Shown here: positions 11,156 to 28,292 of the stretch, piece by piece
How positions within the stretch are numbered: position 1 is the stretch's first letter
Layout of the letters: each line of letters opens with the position of its first letter
Assembly (NCBI GenBank): GCA_010015585.1
Contig: ML975155.1
DNA: 64,000 nt
Direction: 5' to 3' (one strand)
From: Eremomyces bilateralis CBS 781.70
Lineage: Eukaryota
The notes under the pieces: model-generated
Told to the model about the DNA's origin: nothing
Database searches by the model: none
The model's input: the letters and a program-made list of their open reading frames with translations, nothing else
Translations under genes and position numbers: made by a program

Positions 11156-11827
11156 GGTCCTCAGATTCTAGTTGTAAATTTGCCATACCCTAAACTGGTC
11201 ACCCACCTCGTTGCAGCTCCCCGTCAACACTAAGACTTATTCTGAACAGCTCCCCGCCATTACCCACATATCCCTTTGTCTGTTGCAGTGTTCGCGACTG
11301 GGGTATGGTATCCGTACTGATAGGCATTGGCTGGAGGTCGCGACGCGCCGGAACGTCACCAAATTTGTAAGTAATCGTGTTGTCCCATAACCATCAATAC
11401 AAAGCAACAACTAGTTCGTATTCAATATTTTATGCAATGGCTATAGAATCCTATCATTACATTAATTTATTATTACACCAAAAGCATACTGTTTTAGGCG
11501 GTGGTGTGGGCGAAATCGATCGATCGATGCATTTTTGGTGTTCAAACCCCTGTCAGCGAATTGCAGCGACGACAGGCAAGGGAATAGTAGTAATAATAGC
11601 CCACACTGCTGCCATTCTTCAAATAGTAATCACCTATCCCTCAAGTCTTTCAGTACAGCGTGACTTGGCATCAACATCGTCACTAGGGACTTCTAACAAT
11701 GTCCTACGACTGCAGAAATCTGCGAATGGCATACGAGGGGCCAATGGATCCTTCCAACCGCTCTCAATAGTGGACCTGGCTGTGTACCCTCTCAAGTCAG
11801 CTCTGCAACCCCTTCCAGATGCGAGTA

Positions 11828-13467
11828 TCACTCGTTGACGGGAGTAAAATCCAGGAAGCATCCCCCATTTGGAATGACCAGGAAATGGTCGGTCCACTCC
11901 ATATTCTCCGGCTTCATCGTTTCGTTTAACGTCACCACGTAACGTTTGATCAGGGACGCTACTGTCAAACGCAAGGTTAATAGCGCCATAGGCTGTCCGA
12001 TGCAGTTTCGCATGCCTTTCGAAAACGGCATGTATAGTTTCCTCATCTCGTCGGTCCCGTTCGGATGCTCCAACCATCGCTGAGGGCTGAAGGATTCGGG
12101 CTCGGGAAACACCGCGGGATCGCGGTGGGTGGTGTGACAGGGCACGGAGACGACGGTCTCAAGATCATTCTCAGCTTCGTCTACTTCAATGACTGGAAGA
12201 ACCTTACTTTTGCGGGAAGGAAATGACCAGAAATCTTCTTTCCTCCTGTTGGGACAGCTCGAAGCAAGCCCATGGGAACCGGAGGGTGTTTTCGCAAGGC
12301 CTCATTGATGACGGCATTTAGAAGAGGCAGATTCAGAACGTCGCGGTGGTCCGGAACCCCTGCTCCAGCGCTCACCGAAATGTCTTTCAGTTCTTCCCGC
12401 ATTTGAGTTTGAAGATCGGGTTGCTTGGCCAGTTCCCAGAAGAGGTAGGTCAGGGAATTGCTTGATGTGTCTGTAGCAGCAAAGGTCAGATTGCTAATCT
12501 CATCGGCGACTTGTGCGTCAGTCAATCCTTCTTTCTGGTCCGGCGATCGCTTGACAATCTTCGTGAGGAGATCTTTCCGGTCGGATTGTCGACCATAACG
12601 AGCCAAGTAGCCATCGAAGGCCACGACTCCATGCGCGTAAATTCGGTCTTCTGTGGTCAGAAACTGTCGCACCGCTTTAGATGGCAGCGTGCTGATTAAT
12701 TGCATCAGGGTGGGGAAACGGCCCCGGAGATCCCAGACGATGAAAGCCAAATCTAAATCTTCGATAAATTGCGGTGCTTTCTTACAGTCGAGACCACCGA
12801 AGGACTGGCCGAGAAAGACGGCGCCGGAGACATCGAAGCTTAACATTCGAAACCAATGCAGAAAATCCTGCGGACCCTGGCTACGATGGGTTTCAGTCAC
12901 TCGTATCAGCTTCTGCACCTGATCACGGATCAGAGGTGCCATATCATTGACGCTTGCGGGTGAAAAGGCATGACTTATCAGCTTCCGTCTTTCGCGATGC
13001 GGGCCATGTTCGATCCTGTTGAAGACACCTGCTCGGGCAATGTTCTTGTACCATGGAGCCTTTGGAAAGAGGCTTTGAACGCCGTATAATGCTTCGATTG
13101 CGTCGACGGTAATGAAACTAACTTCACTAGGTGCGAGCTGGACGACAGGGCCATATTTTCTATGCAACTCATGGACAGTTTTGGCTCTCTTGCCCGCCAT
13201 TTCAATGAAGAGGAGCCATATACCGGATAATTTTGCGAGAAATGGCCCTGGAACGTTCCGGAGGGGAGAAAAGAAGCGCATATAGAGGATCTAGGCCAGT
13301 CAGTCCAAAGAACGTATCATTATAACTGGTCATAAACTCACTTGCCAGGTAACATAAATGAGAATAGTACAGGCGCCCAGGCTCAGGCCTTTGACGGCCA
13401 TCACATTACCGCTCTCTGGGAGAAGTTGTTTAAAGTTCTGGATCGACATCTTCGATGTCTTTGTCAT
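11828..13467 (-). CDS. Cytochrome P450 monooxygenase (3 exons)
   Basis: N-terminal TM segment, PLRNVPGP, AATDTS (I-helix), EALR, PQRW, heme motif FSKGMRNCIG; introns approx 13341-13291 and 12207-12158. Confidence 0.93.
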
Positions 13468-14511
13468 ACAACGCACTCGATGCAATATTGCAACGATTCC
13501 ATCTTGACGGAATCAGGAGATAAGCCTGCTTCTTAAGCACAGGCACCAAAGGGGAGCCCTCCTCATCCCCCTCCTTTGTTCGAGGCTGCCGATCATAGCG
13601 TGCGCTGAGTGTGAGTTACACGTTACACACGTTGGGAAGGGAACGTTGCACGGCCGTGGTGCACAACCTGACTCAGTCATCGAGCCCTCGAGGTCGCAAT
13701 TGGAAATTTGAGCACTGAGAAGCAAGCTAAATGCTTTCCTCTGTGCTCTGCAGACAGGAAGAGCTGGGATTAAGGTGGGTGTAAGAAATAAATGAAATAA
13801 GGCTGGTGAGATTTGTCCTTAAATATGGCAAGCCTAAAAATACACCCTATTGAGCGCGTGCTTGTGCTCAGAATCCTTACCCTTATCTATAATTTCCGGA
13901 TCGATCACAGTAGTAGTAATATCGTGTCTTAACATTAGAATGGTGAGGTCTGCTCCGGTTGAGTAGGAAGCCGTAGCCATGCTGCATGCCATGGCTCCTG
14001 AGAGCATTGAACATTCTACTTGATTTTTCAATATTGTTGGTTGGTTTCAAGACCAACCATTTCTAAATATTTCCTGGCCAGACAGGCTGTGAAACCCTGA
14101 TCACTTCGTCGATTATCGTCCAATTCATCCTAGGACCTTGTCACTTCTAGCATAATTAAAGACAACGTTCGAGGGCCTAGTGTTGATCATGATGAATGGG
14201 GAAGTGTTTAGATGCTACGGAGATGTGTCAATCAACCAGGGGCGAGCACGGCTTTGCCGATATTGTTAAACTACCCGTCGTAATAGCTTAGCTCGGAGTT
14301 GTATCTGGACGGATAAAAACACAGAAACAGCCATCTACGAAGACAGCTGAAGCATTGACTCGTTATATCGGTTCCCAGTGACGATGGCTTTGTGAAGAAC
14401 CGGTTCACTAGCAATATCATCTAAGCAAATGAAACACCGTCGCTATGCAAAACAATCAGTACACCAGAATAATAGCTCCCACCTAAGACAATTTAAAGAA
14501 TTCCGCCCCGA

Positions 14512-15851
14512 TTAAAGGATGAACACCTTCTTGATGTCCTGCTCTCTGAACTTCAAGCCCACCTCTCCCGGGTCACGCACATGGCCCGGTTCGGTCCCCA
14601 GCTTCTCGTTAATATTTTCGAGCCGCTCTCTCCCATATATCCGACCATTGGGAAGCACCACAGGCTCGGAATCCACGTGGCTTTTCGAATGATGCGCATA
14701 CGGTACGCCTTTCGCCAATTCGTTCAGTTCGGTACTGCAAATCGGGCAGACGGTGGCGGTCGCAGCCCCGACGGCGGCGCCGGAGCTGGAGGTGTTGAAG
14801 GCGCTGTGGCAGGTGGGGGTCTTCAACGCGGACAGGCCGGCGGTAAGCGCAATGTCCAGTAAAGGCCGAGTGGGGAGCGAAAAAAGCGCATGGTGGGTGG
14901 TGAGGAATAGATTGGCAAGGTACGGATAGCGTGATGGTGAGTAGAGAGTCGCATATGGCTCGGCGGCTGTATCGGGAGAGAAGGCGAGCAGACCAGCAGC
15001 TCGTATGGCGAAATCGGTGTCGTGATGTGGCGCCAAATGTTTCCGAGCATGCAAGGTAGCTTCGATGAGCTTCTCCTTCCTGCCCGTACGTACGGCCTCA
15101 ATGTATTGCTGGAGACGAAGCTCGAACTCGAGACTATTCTAGAATGGAACGAAGGGTTAGTGGACGACTTGGGGGGGTTAATGGTACCGACTTACGCCCA
15201 TCTTGCGCAGGTGCGATTTGTTATCCTCGCACCACGCAAGCGCTTCGGAAAGGCTTCCTCGCCGTAAAGCGTTTTCAATCTTCCCAACCGCTTCAAATGC
15301 TTCGATGTCGACTAGACTTTCAACGTTCTTTTCTATGGCTAGCTGCTTCGCGCTTTCTACGTATCCTGCGCGCAAGAGATAATCGATGAGGAGGCAGTCG
15401 AGCCGCACGCGGCTCCATACCTCATACTTGACGTCGGCAAGAGAATCCATGCTGTGCAACTGGTCGAGATGTTGTAACCGAGCGTCAAGTTGTTCACATC
15501 GGGTGCTGCTCGATGCGTCGAGGTGAGTGAGTTTCCGTTTAAGGTTCTTGAGCCTCGTTAGAGTGGCATCGAGTTCGGCCTGGGGCTTGGCCGAGGGGTC
15601 CTGCTGTCCATTTTCCGCCAGTGCAGCGTTGACCGCGTTCTTGATCAATGTTGGCACTTTCTTTTGTCCCGAGTCGATCTCTCGCTGAGCCGTCCTTAAG
15701 TTCTTGCGGTTGAGTTCTAAGGGTAAACGGAGAAGTGGTTGGTCCTATCCCGCATACATTAGGATCATCCTTTCCATGACTGTTGATTAACAGGACATAC
15801 TAGTAGAAGATGTTCATCTGGATTCAGGTGAGTGGATGCAAAGTCTGCCAT
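14512..15851 (-). CDS. FYV10: GID/CTLH complex subunit Fyv10/Gid9 (MAEA)
   Basis: DQPLLRLPLELNRKN; LisH/CTLH RLDCLLIDYLLRAGY; LTAGLSALKTPTC; CPICSTELNELA; PYAHHSKSHV; PVVLPNGRIYG. Confidence 0.92.
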
Positions 15852-16532
15852 GGTGGCGACAGCACCATAAGCTGTTCAGCCGGCTGGAGCTGCTTCGTGT
15901 TGGCTTTGTAGTCAATGCAATTACGAGATACGGGTAGCTACTAAGAACGGAGAAGGCACTTGGTTTGAGCAACACAGAGGCAAGTAGGTTACCGGTACAT
16001 CGCTTGGAGGTGCTGTAATAGTGAGGAGGAGTCCCATTTATGATTGAAACACCTAGATGCTGTGGAGTTCGTGGGATGAGGTCAGTGGATGTCGTGACGC
16101 CGAACAGGGATTACGGGTACCCCACGTGCAGGGGGGACATCGTGACCACATCTTCATGTTTGGAACGGGACATCAAGCATAACTCAAGTCTCATATTGAC
16201 GCGTCAACTACCTATCCCATCAATAAATGGTTGGCATTTTCTGTATTGGTGATAGGCGGGTAGTGCTATGCCGGAGAAACACATGGGGATGACCAATCCT
16301 CTGAGACTTTCTCACAAGTCGCATATAAGGACGCGAGTTTGCCGTACACTTGCTTAGTTCATACCATGCGACTCGCCAATCAGCGAACCGTGCTATTCGA
16401 CCCGTTGTACGCCGAATTGCTATCCGGACATCTTTCCTGTCTATCGCGGATGTCATCACGGCATTAACAGCAGGCTGCAGCGGGTGATATCCCACAAATT
16501 CGGAGCCTAAGGTGCTCACTTGTGCACCTTTA

Positions 16533-18087
16533 TCACTTGGGCTTGGCCACGATGCTGACGACGTCTTCATCAGCAACCAGATGACCCAGTCCCACTCGTT
16601 GGGGAACATGGCGTGCACTTGCTCCCCAAACCAACGCGTACTTGAAGGTATCCTTCAACGTCCTGTGGACCTGGTCGCATACGTCTTCAATGCTCGACCC
16701 ACTCCGTACAATCAGGGCCTCGCTGAAATCAGGGGCAATCCCCTTTCTGGGCATTGTTAGTACTCCAAAACATGCGCTTCGAGGAAAGGGAATATACCGT
16801 TTGGTATAGATGCGGATCAGCCGCAGCTCTTTCCAACATCTGTCTACAACGTCTTGAATACCCAGGTCCAATTCACAGCTCATGACGGCCGTGTGCGGTT
16901 CGCGCGCAAGCTGGTCCAGATATTCAATGCCTACGCTGTCTATCTTGTTATAGACGTAGAGACTATGCAAACGTTAGTTACATCGTAGAGTGAGAGCTTC
17001 ATCTCTCACCATTTGATGTATTTTCGATGGTCTTTCATGATGACATCGAGGAAGTCATCCACAGTCACTGTTTTTCAAAGTTAACGAACGAAACGGTATT
17101 TTCTTGGACTTCAACCTACCATTCTCATCTCGGACCAGCACCTCGCAGTTTAGTATCTTGTAATCCCGGAGGATGTTGTACACCATCTTTTCATCGATGT
17201 TTTTCGGCGGTGCACTAAAGCTGATCTTCATTCCACCGGCCTTTTTGGCTTTGAGGTAGATGTTCCTGATGGCGTGAGCGGAGCTAGAATGCAGAATAAT
17301 GAAGCACTCACGGTGGATCTCGGTTCAGCCTGATGCCGACCGCTTCCAGTTCCCCCTCTAAGAGGGCTCGCTGCTCGGCCTTTTTGGTCGCATCCAGCAC
17401 CATTAAAATCATGTCACTAGTCTGGGACAGTCAGTTCGGAAGATCGTGAAAACCACGGACCCCAAACCTTTGCAGCGGAAATGACCTGCCGACCTCGTCC
17501 TTTGCCTTCCGCAGCGCCTTCGATAATCCCCGGGAGGTCGAGAATCTGGATCTCGGCGCCGCCGTACTCCAAGACACCGGGAATGGCAGTCAAGGTTGTG
17601 AATGCGTACGCAGCAACCTCGGCCTTCGTCTTGGTGATTTTCGAAAGGAAAGTTGACTTTCCTACGGAGGGAAAGCCGACGAGGGCGATCCGAGCATCTC
17701 CACTCTTGCTTACATCGAATCCTGCCCCGGCTCCTGCTCCAGCGCCTGGTCCCGGTTCAAGTAATTGCGCCCGCAAACGAGCGAGCTTGCTGCCTTGTGG
17801 TTAATGAGTGAACCACGCGGAGACATGGCAAGACGTACCCTTTCAGAAGTCCAAGATGATATTCTTGCGTGTGGTCAGCTCAAGCGATAGTCGCTAGATA
17901 AATTTACAATACCAGTCGCCTTGTTCTCTTGAAAAAGTTAGATGGTTCCTCCTGATAAAAGGTGAGTCGTATACTCTGTGTCCGCTTCATCTCCTCCTCG
18001 ATCCTACAGCAGCGATATCAGCGCCGCAACTTGTAAAGGCCAGCACGAAAGCGCATACTCCTTGATTTTCTCTGTAATGTTCACCAT
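16533..18087 (-). CDS. RBG2: DRG-family GTPase Rbg2/DRG2, multi-exon with short 5' exons
   Basis: [76 protein letters not shown] domain. Confidence 0.93.
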
Positions 18088-18467
18088 CTTGACTGGTTTG
18101 CAGCAATGGAGCCGCTCAACCCACTACCGTATAAAGGAATAATACGTCGGTGTTTAGATTCGTATTGGCGGAGAGAGCATGAAGTTCCAGTCGATTTGGT
18201 GGAATACCTCAGGACTGGGACTGGGACTGTCGCGAGGCAACAAGGCAACTAAAGGGTTCGACGTCAGCCTTCTTTGACTTCCCAAATGTTGTGAACTGAT
18301 TCAGTTCTCCCTCAGCGTCCACATTGACTACTCCCCCGACACCAACTTATTCAAGCTTTCTGACAGCCTAATTCGAGCGGAATTACTGAGTTGATCTGAT
18401 ATTTCCGGCGTATGACGATAGAGACTCATTAAGACGCCACGCGCATCCCCGCTGGGCTTGATTCACC

Positions 18468-19683
18468 ATGGCAGACATCGACGTAACCACATCTGCCGTC
18501 AAACCCGCAGAACCATCGTCTGCTCCGGACACGGCTTCAACCGCATTGATCGTGAACGATTCGTCGGGTCGGAAAGTAGTGAAGAAGATCGTCAAGAGGA
18601 AAAGACGGCCTGCCCGTCCCCAAGTCGACCCAGCAACCTTTACATCCGAACCGCCGCCACAAACGGGAACCACCTTTAACATCTGGTACAACAAATGGTC
18701 AGGAGGCGACCGAGAAGATAAATACCTCTCCCAACAGGCCGCCAAGGGCCGATGTAATATCGCGCGTGATAGCGGATATACGAGAGCCGATAAAGTTCCT
18801 GGATCCTACTTTTGCCTCTTCTTCGCGAGAGGAATCTGCCCGAAAGGCCAGGATTGCGAATACCTCCACCGACTACCGGGGATTCATGACATATTCAATC
18901 CGAACGTGGATTGCTTTGGACGGGACAAATTCAACGACTACCGGGATGATATGGGCGGAGTGGGAAGCTTCATGCGCCAGAACCGGACATTGTATTGCGG
19001 GCGAATACATGTCACGGATGACATTGAGGAAATCGTCGCCCGGCATTTCCAGGAATGGGGTCAAATCGATCGCAGTACGTGACTCATCCATTCTCTTTCT
19101 GTTTCTATGCTGACATCTTCTAGCCCGGGTCCTCACCAACCGAGGAGTCGCTTTCATCACATACACCAACGAAGCCAACTCCCAGTTTGCGAAAGAAGCG
19201 ATGGCGCACCAATCGCTTGATAATACCGAGATTTTGAACGTTCGATGGGCCACGGTGGATCCGAACCCCGCAGCACAAAAACGAGAAGCACGACAGCTGG
19301 AAGAACAAGCCGCTGAAGCGGTCCGACGGGCGCTGCCGGAAGAGTTTGTCGCGGAAATCGAGGGACGGGACCCGGAGGCGAAGCGGAGGCGGAAAGAGCT
19401 TGACTTTGGGTTGGAAGGTTACAATGCGCCGGATGGCGTGTACTATAACCAAGGCAAAGGGCTCGAAGCGGCGCAGGAGAAGATGTTGCTGGAAATGGAA
19501 AGGAACGAGGAACGAGAGCAGGATGTTGAGGATGGCCATGAAGATGGAGGCATATTTACGCGCTCCACAATACAGGCTTTGAAAGGACTGAACGGTCATG
19601 GCATAAGGATGGAGTCGAAAGATGCGCCGGCTGCGGCGAGTGGCCCTCTCGTGGGATATGGGAGCGAGGATGAGAGCGATTGA
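18468..19683 (+). CDS. CWC2: Pre-mRNA splicing factor Cwc2 (CCCH zinc finger plus RRM), 1 intron
   Basis: FNIWYNKWSGGDRED; CLFFARGICPKGQDCEYLH; DCFGRDKF; FAKEAMAHQSL; LNVRWATVDPNP. Confidence 0.95.
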
Positions 19684-19914
19684 GCTGGACATGGGCATGG
19701 CATATACCACACGAGCTAATCGGGACGAGCTCAAAGAATCGGGGCTTCATATTCAAACAGTGGTGCTGCAGGCTACTAAATCGGAGCGATCCTTTCTGGT
19801 CCCTGCATATCCTCTCGTTTCTCCCCTGTCACCAAACAACCAATCCCAGGGTTTGAGATGTCAATGAATTTCATCTCCATGATAAGCTGTCCCTAGCGGA
19901 TAATAAACGTCTTG

Positions 19915-21533
19915 TTATGCTTTCTTCCTCCTTGCTGCGTTTTCGTCTCGACGGGCCCTAAGTCTTGCTCTTGCAGCTGCAGTTTTCTCCTGAGGTAGAG
20001 GTGTCCTCGAAAGATTTATCCGTGACAATCTTGACAAGTCGATTTCGCTGTCCATGCCTGGAATACTGGACGGTTCCCATTGGGTTCGCACCTCTTTGAA
20101 ACCTGCCGGCGCTGTCGGCAAATTTCCATCTCGGACTTCCACGCGTGCTTGCTCCGGACGACACTGCGTATTTGGAGGTCGATTCTCAGCGTCGGCGCCG
20201 ACATCGGACGTGGATTGGCGTGATACACCGGCCATCCGTGGTGTATTTGTGCATGGAGGGCGATGAGGCAGGGATTTGTCGGATATTGTGGCAGAAGCAA
20301 CCTGTGCCCCGTCTCCCTGCTGATCCGCCGGCGACGCCAGGTTTGCATCGCGCGGGCGAAGGATCTGACGGGCAACACGGCCGGTTCTGCTTCGTCCATG
20401 ACGATTCTGCGGTCGAAGGGCCTGAAAACGTCGGTCCAAGACGAGACTGACCTCATCACCTGGTGCTTCTGTCTTCGTCCGCTCATTTTGCAGATCGTGA
20501 TCCGCCCAGACGTCGCTCGAATGATGGGGCGTTACAGCTGGGCTAGACTCGTTCAGTCTCCGCTTCAGAATGGTCATTTCTGCAGTCAACCTGGTGATCT
20601 CGTCGTGCCCTCGCAGCAGTTGCCGCTTGAGCTCCTTCATTTGCTCGGACATTTCCCTCCCCTTGACCCTGTGTTCTCGATTGGTTTCGCTCAATTTGGA
20701 TGTCAGCACCATGGCTTCTTCATCTTTGCGTTTTGCATAGCTCTTCGCGAGTTGATGCTTGGATACAAGTTTTTTCATCTCCTTCTCGCTTTTGGTGGAG
20801 TATGAAATGTACTGTTCCTTCCAGTACCTCCCAGATTCCGACCGAGGCTCCACGATATCGATCGTAAGGTCGGTATCGTCTTTCGCCCTGGGTTTGGCCG
20901 GCGATGCATTGCTTCGTTCGGTTTGGTTTGATACTGCTAAGGGATCTGGCGCATTCGCCTTTAAAATGGTCTCCTTTGAGATCGTCTTCTCGTCCTCTAG
21001 ACTCGTTTGCAACAACGGCCTCGTTTTTGGTGTGAAAGGACTCGGGAACTTCCCAGGTACGGCTTTTGGAGTTGCCAATCGCGCGGCAAAGGAAGAGGTT
21101 TTGCCTTCGTTATCGACGACATGTGCGGGGAAAGAGACATTTTTCTTGCGACTCGTGCCAGCCCTAGGCGTCATGAGGATGCTGTTGGGTTTTGTAGGGG
21201 AGTCCTCATTGAATCGAGTAGCTCGATGCAAAGATGAAGGCCTGCTTATCTCGTCCTTCGCGGTCGGTTCCGTGCGTTTATTTTCTTCAGTATGAAGGAG
21301 TTGGCCGTCGATTCCGGGTTTGGGGGTACCGAATAACGCATATTTGAATGCTCGGACTGCGAAGACGGGTGCCGGTGTTTCTGGAGCTTCAAGCTCCGTG
21401 TCGTCTAGGATACCTAAACCATAGAAATCATTTAGATATGCAATTGAAGCCGCGCGACAAACATGGCAATACCTTGAGCGTTGGTACTGACACTTGCGCT
21501 GGACTGCGCCGAGTTCCCAAACCAGGACAACAT
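19915..21533 (-). CDS. Spindle pole body-associated Cut12-domain protein, 1 intron
   Basis: MLSWFG; PETPAPVFAVRAFKYALFGTP; SPTKPNSILMTP..RKKNVSF; PGKFPSPF; coiled coil GRYWKEQY..LAKSYAKRKD. Confidence 0.75.
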
Positions 21534-22183
21534 GCCTGGACTGTTGGCCTTCTGCTTCGATGGGGCGAGTTCAGCGTAAGAACGCCTCAGACGAATAGAA
21601 ATACCTCACTTCACAAGGAAGCTAAGCATGCATAGTGATCCTCGTCAGAAGTTCGGGAAAAGGCGAGTTGTAATTGATTCCGCAAGACAGCCGACGGTTT
21701 GTTTACACATCGAAGCCGCGGGGCAACAGCGACTTTCCACTTCACTGCTTGGAAGAAGTCCGAAAGGTCAGGGAAGTTCGTAAATTGGCATGAAATCACG
21801 CTTGGAAGCCAGACGAAGCGGAAGAAGTTGGTTTCAATTAGTTATTCGTATCAATTAGGTAGCATACCTGCATCGCGAGTATTTTGGAGACGCGTTGTTC
21901 TGATGATCCATGTTGTAGATCGCGAATTTTTTGACACGTGCTCGCCGTCACGTGCACAGCCCCTCCCACTATACATAGTCTCATCTGGCGGTCAATGCAA
22001 GCCATATCAATGGAGAATGAGAGAATAACACACGCTCGTAATAAGAGTTGTTCACATTTGAAGAGTTGGAGAATCAGAACATAATGACTCACGACCCCAT
22101 GTGCCGTCTTTAGGTTGGCTGCAGCTTCGGCTGCAGGCTCGCAACTCTCCCATTGTCGCGAGTTGTCGAATAACCAACTGTGA

Positions 22184-27172
<4,989 letters not shown>

Positions 27173-27442
27173 ACATTACTGGCCATGCTGGGTCGGCGAA
27201 CGAACATCCTTAATCTGGAGTTCTAGCGCAAGTAGCTGTGATCAAGCATTGATGAAGCACATGTGCATATTTGCAACCTTCAGTCCTGAGGAACGCTGGA
27301 GCGCGTAAAGGAGTGAGCATTTTTGGTCATATTTACCGATTGAGATGATGCAATGCTGCTCCGAAGCTCACCCGAGAAAAACGCCCTGACCAAGTGCATC
27401 CAGCACGTTCCGAGCCCCCAACCGATGATGGACACCCGAATT

Positions 27443-28292
27443 TCATGCCTCACCAAAGAGCCTCGCCGTTATATCCCCCATGTATGCCTCTTCCAGCTCA
27501 TAGTCTTGGCCATCGTTTTTGTCGATCCCAACGTATTCAAATGCCGCCACCACGGACGGCACGTCAAAGCCCATGGCAACAAATCTATCAATGAGATCTT
27601 TATTGTAGTTGTGATACCTGGTTCCACATTAGCATTTGTTTGTACCCAATAGAGAGCATCCACATACTGAGCCAGCTGTGCCTTTTCCTCGTTTTCTTTG
27701 GACCGCTGCGCCTTGCGTTTGATTGACGAAGCGGTCGCTCCCCCGCTCCCTTCACCCCGTTCCTTCCGCGGGGCGTTGGCGTGTTTGACGGCCCATTCTC
27801 GTGCGACGTGTTCGAATTCGGCGGGGTTCCGGATCATCATGCTCGCCACTTCGTGATCTTGTGGGTCCTTGGGTTCCGGCGTGCTGAGCAGGAGCTGGAG
27901 GGATTGGAGGGCGGATTTGAGGTTCATGATCGGGGTCCAGGCTTTACCGAGAGTGTCAAGACAGATGGCGCCCTACGAGATGTTAGAATGACGCGCGCTG
28001 AGAAGAGGATTGGGGGGGGGCTCCTCACCGTGACGCTGCTGACATTTGGATGCCATATCTTTGTTGTGAACCGGATCGTCGGGGGTTTGAAAGGGTAGTT
28101 AGTAGGGACGGAGATGGTGACGTCGTAAGTGCCACCCTCATAGGGTGTATCGGGAGGTCCAATAAAGGTTCCTCGTAGTTTGCTCATGTCATGGTCCTCA
28201 AGAGTTTCCACTTGGAGTCCCGCATCCTTATCTGCCTTAACTTCGCCGATCTCTTTCACGATGCGTCTTGCAAATATGCTGCTGGTGGCCAT
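27443..28292 (-). CDS. UBC1: Ubiquitin-conjugating enzyme Ubc1/E2-25K with C-terminal UBA-like extension
   Basis: GPPDTPYEGG; YPFKPP; WHPNVSSVT|GAICLD; PEPKDPQD; ends MGDITARLFGEA*. Confidence 0.92.

Larger units (their letters stand above)
1..11370 (-). mobile_element. Putative Starship giant transposon, captain-proximal end; degenerate, extends beyond the left window edge; boundary approximate
   Basis: DUF3435-type tyrosine recombinase is the first gene, pointing into an accessory region (HET, SET pseudogene, solo LTRs, RIP-type stops). Intact host-like genes lie on the other side. TTAC motifs on the captain strand at 11367-11374. Confidence 0.7.

Noticed and set aside
11290..11315. ACCATACCCA on the minus strand resembling the start of fungal 5S rRNA, a known target of some Starships
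   Set aside because: Only ~10 nt match; no flanking 5S sequence recognisable.
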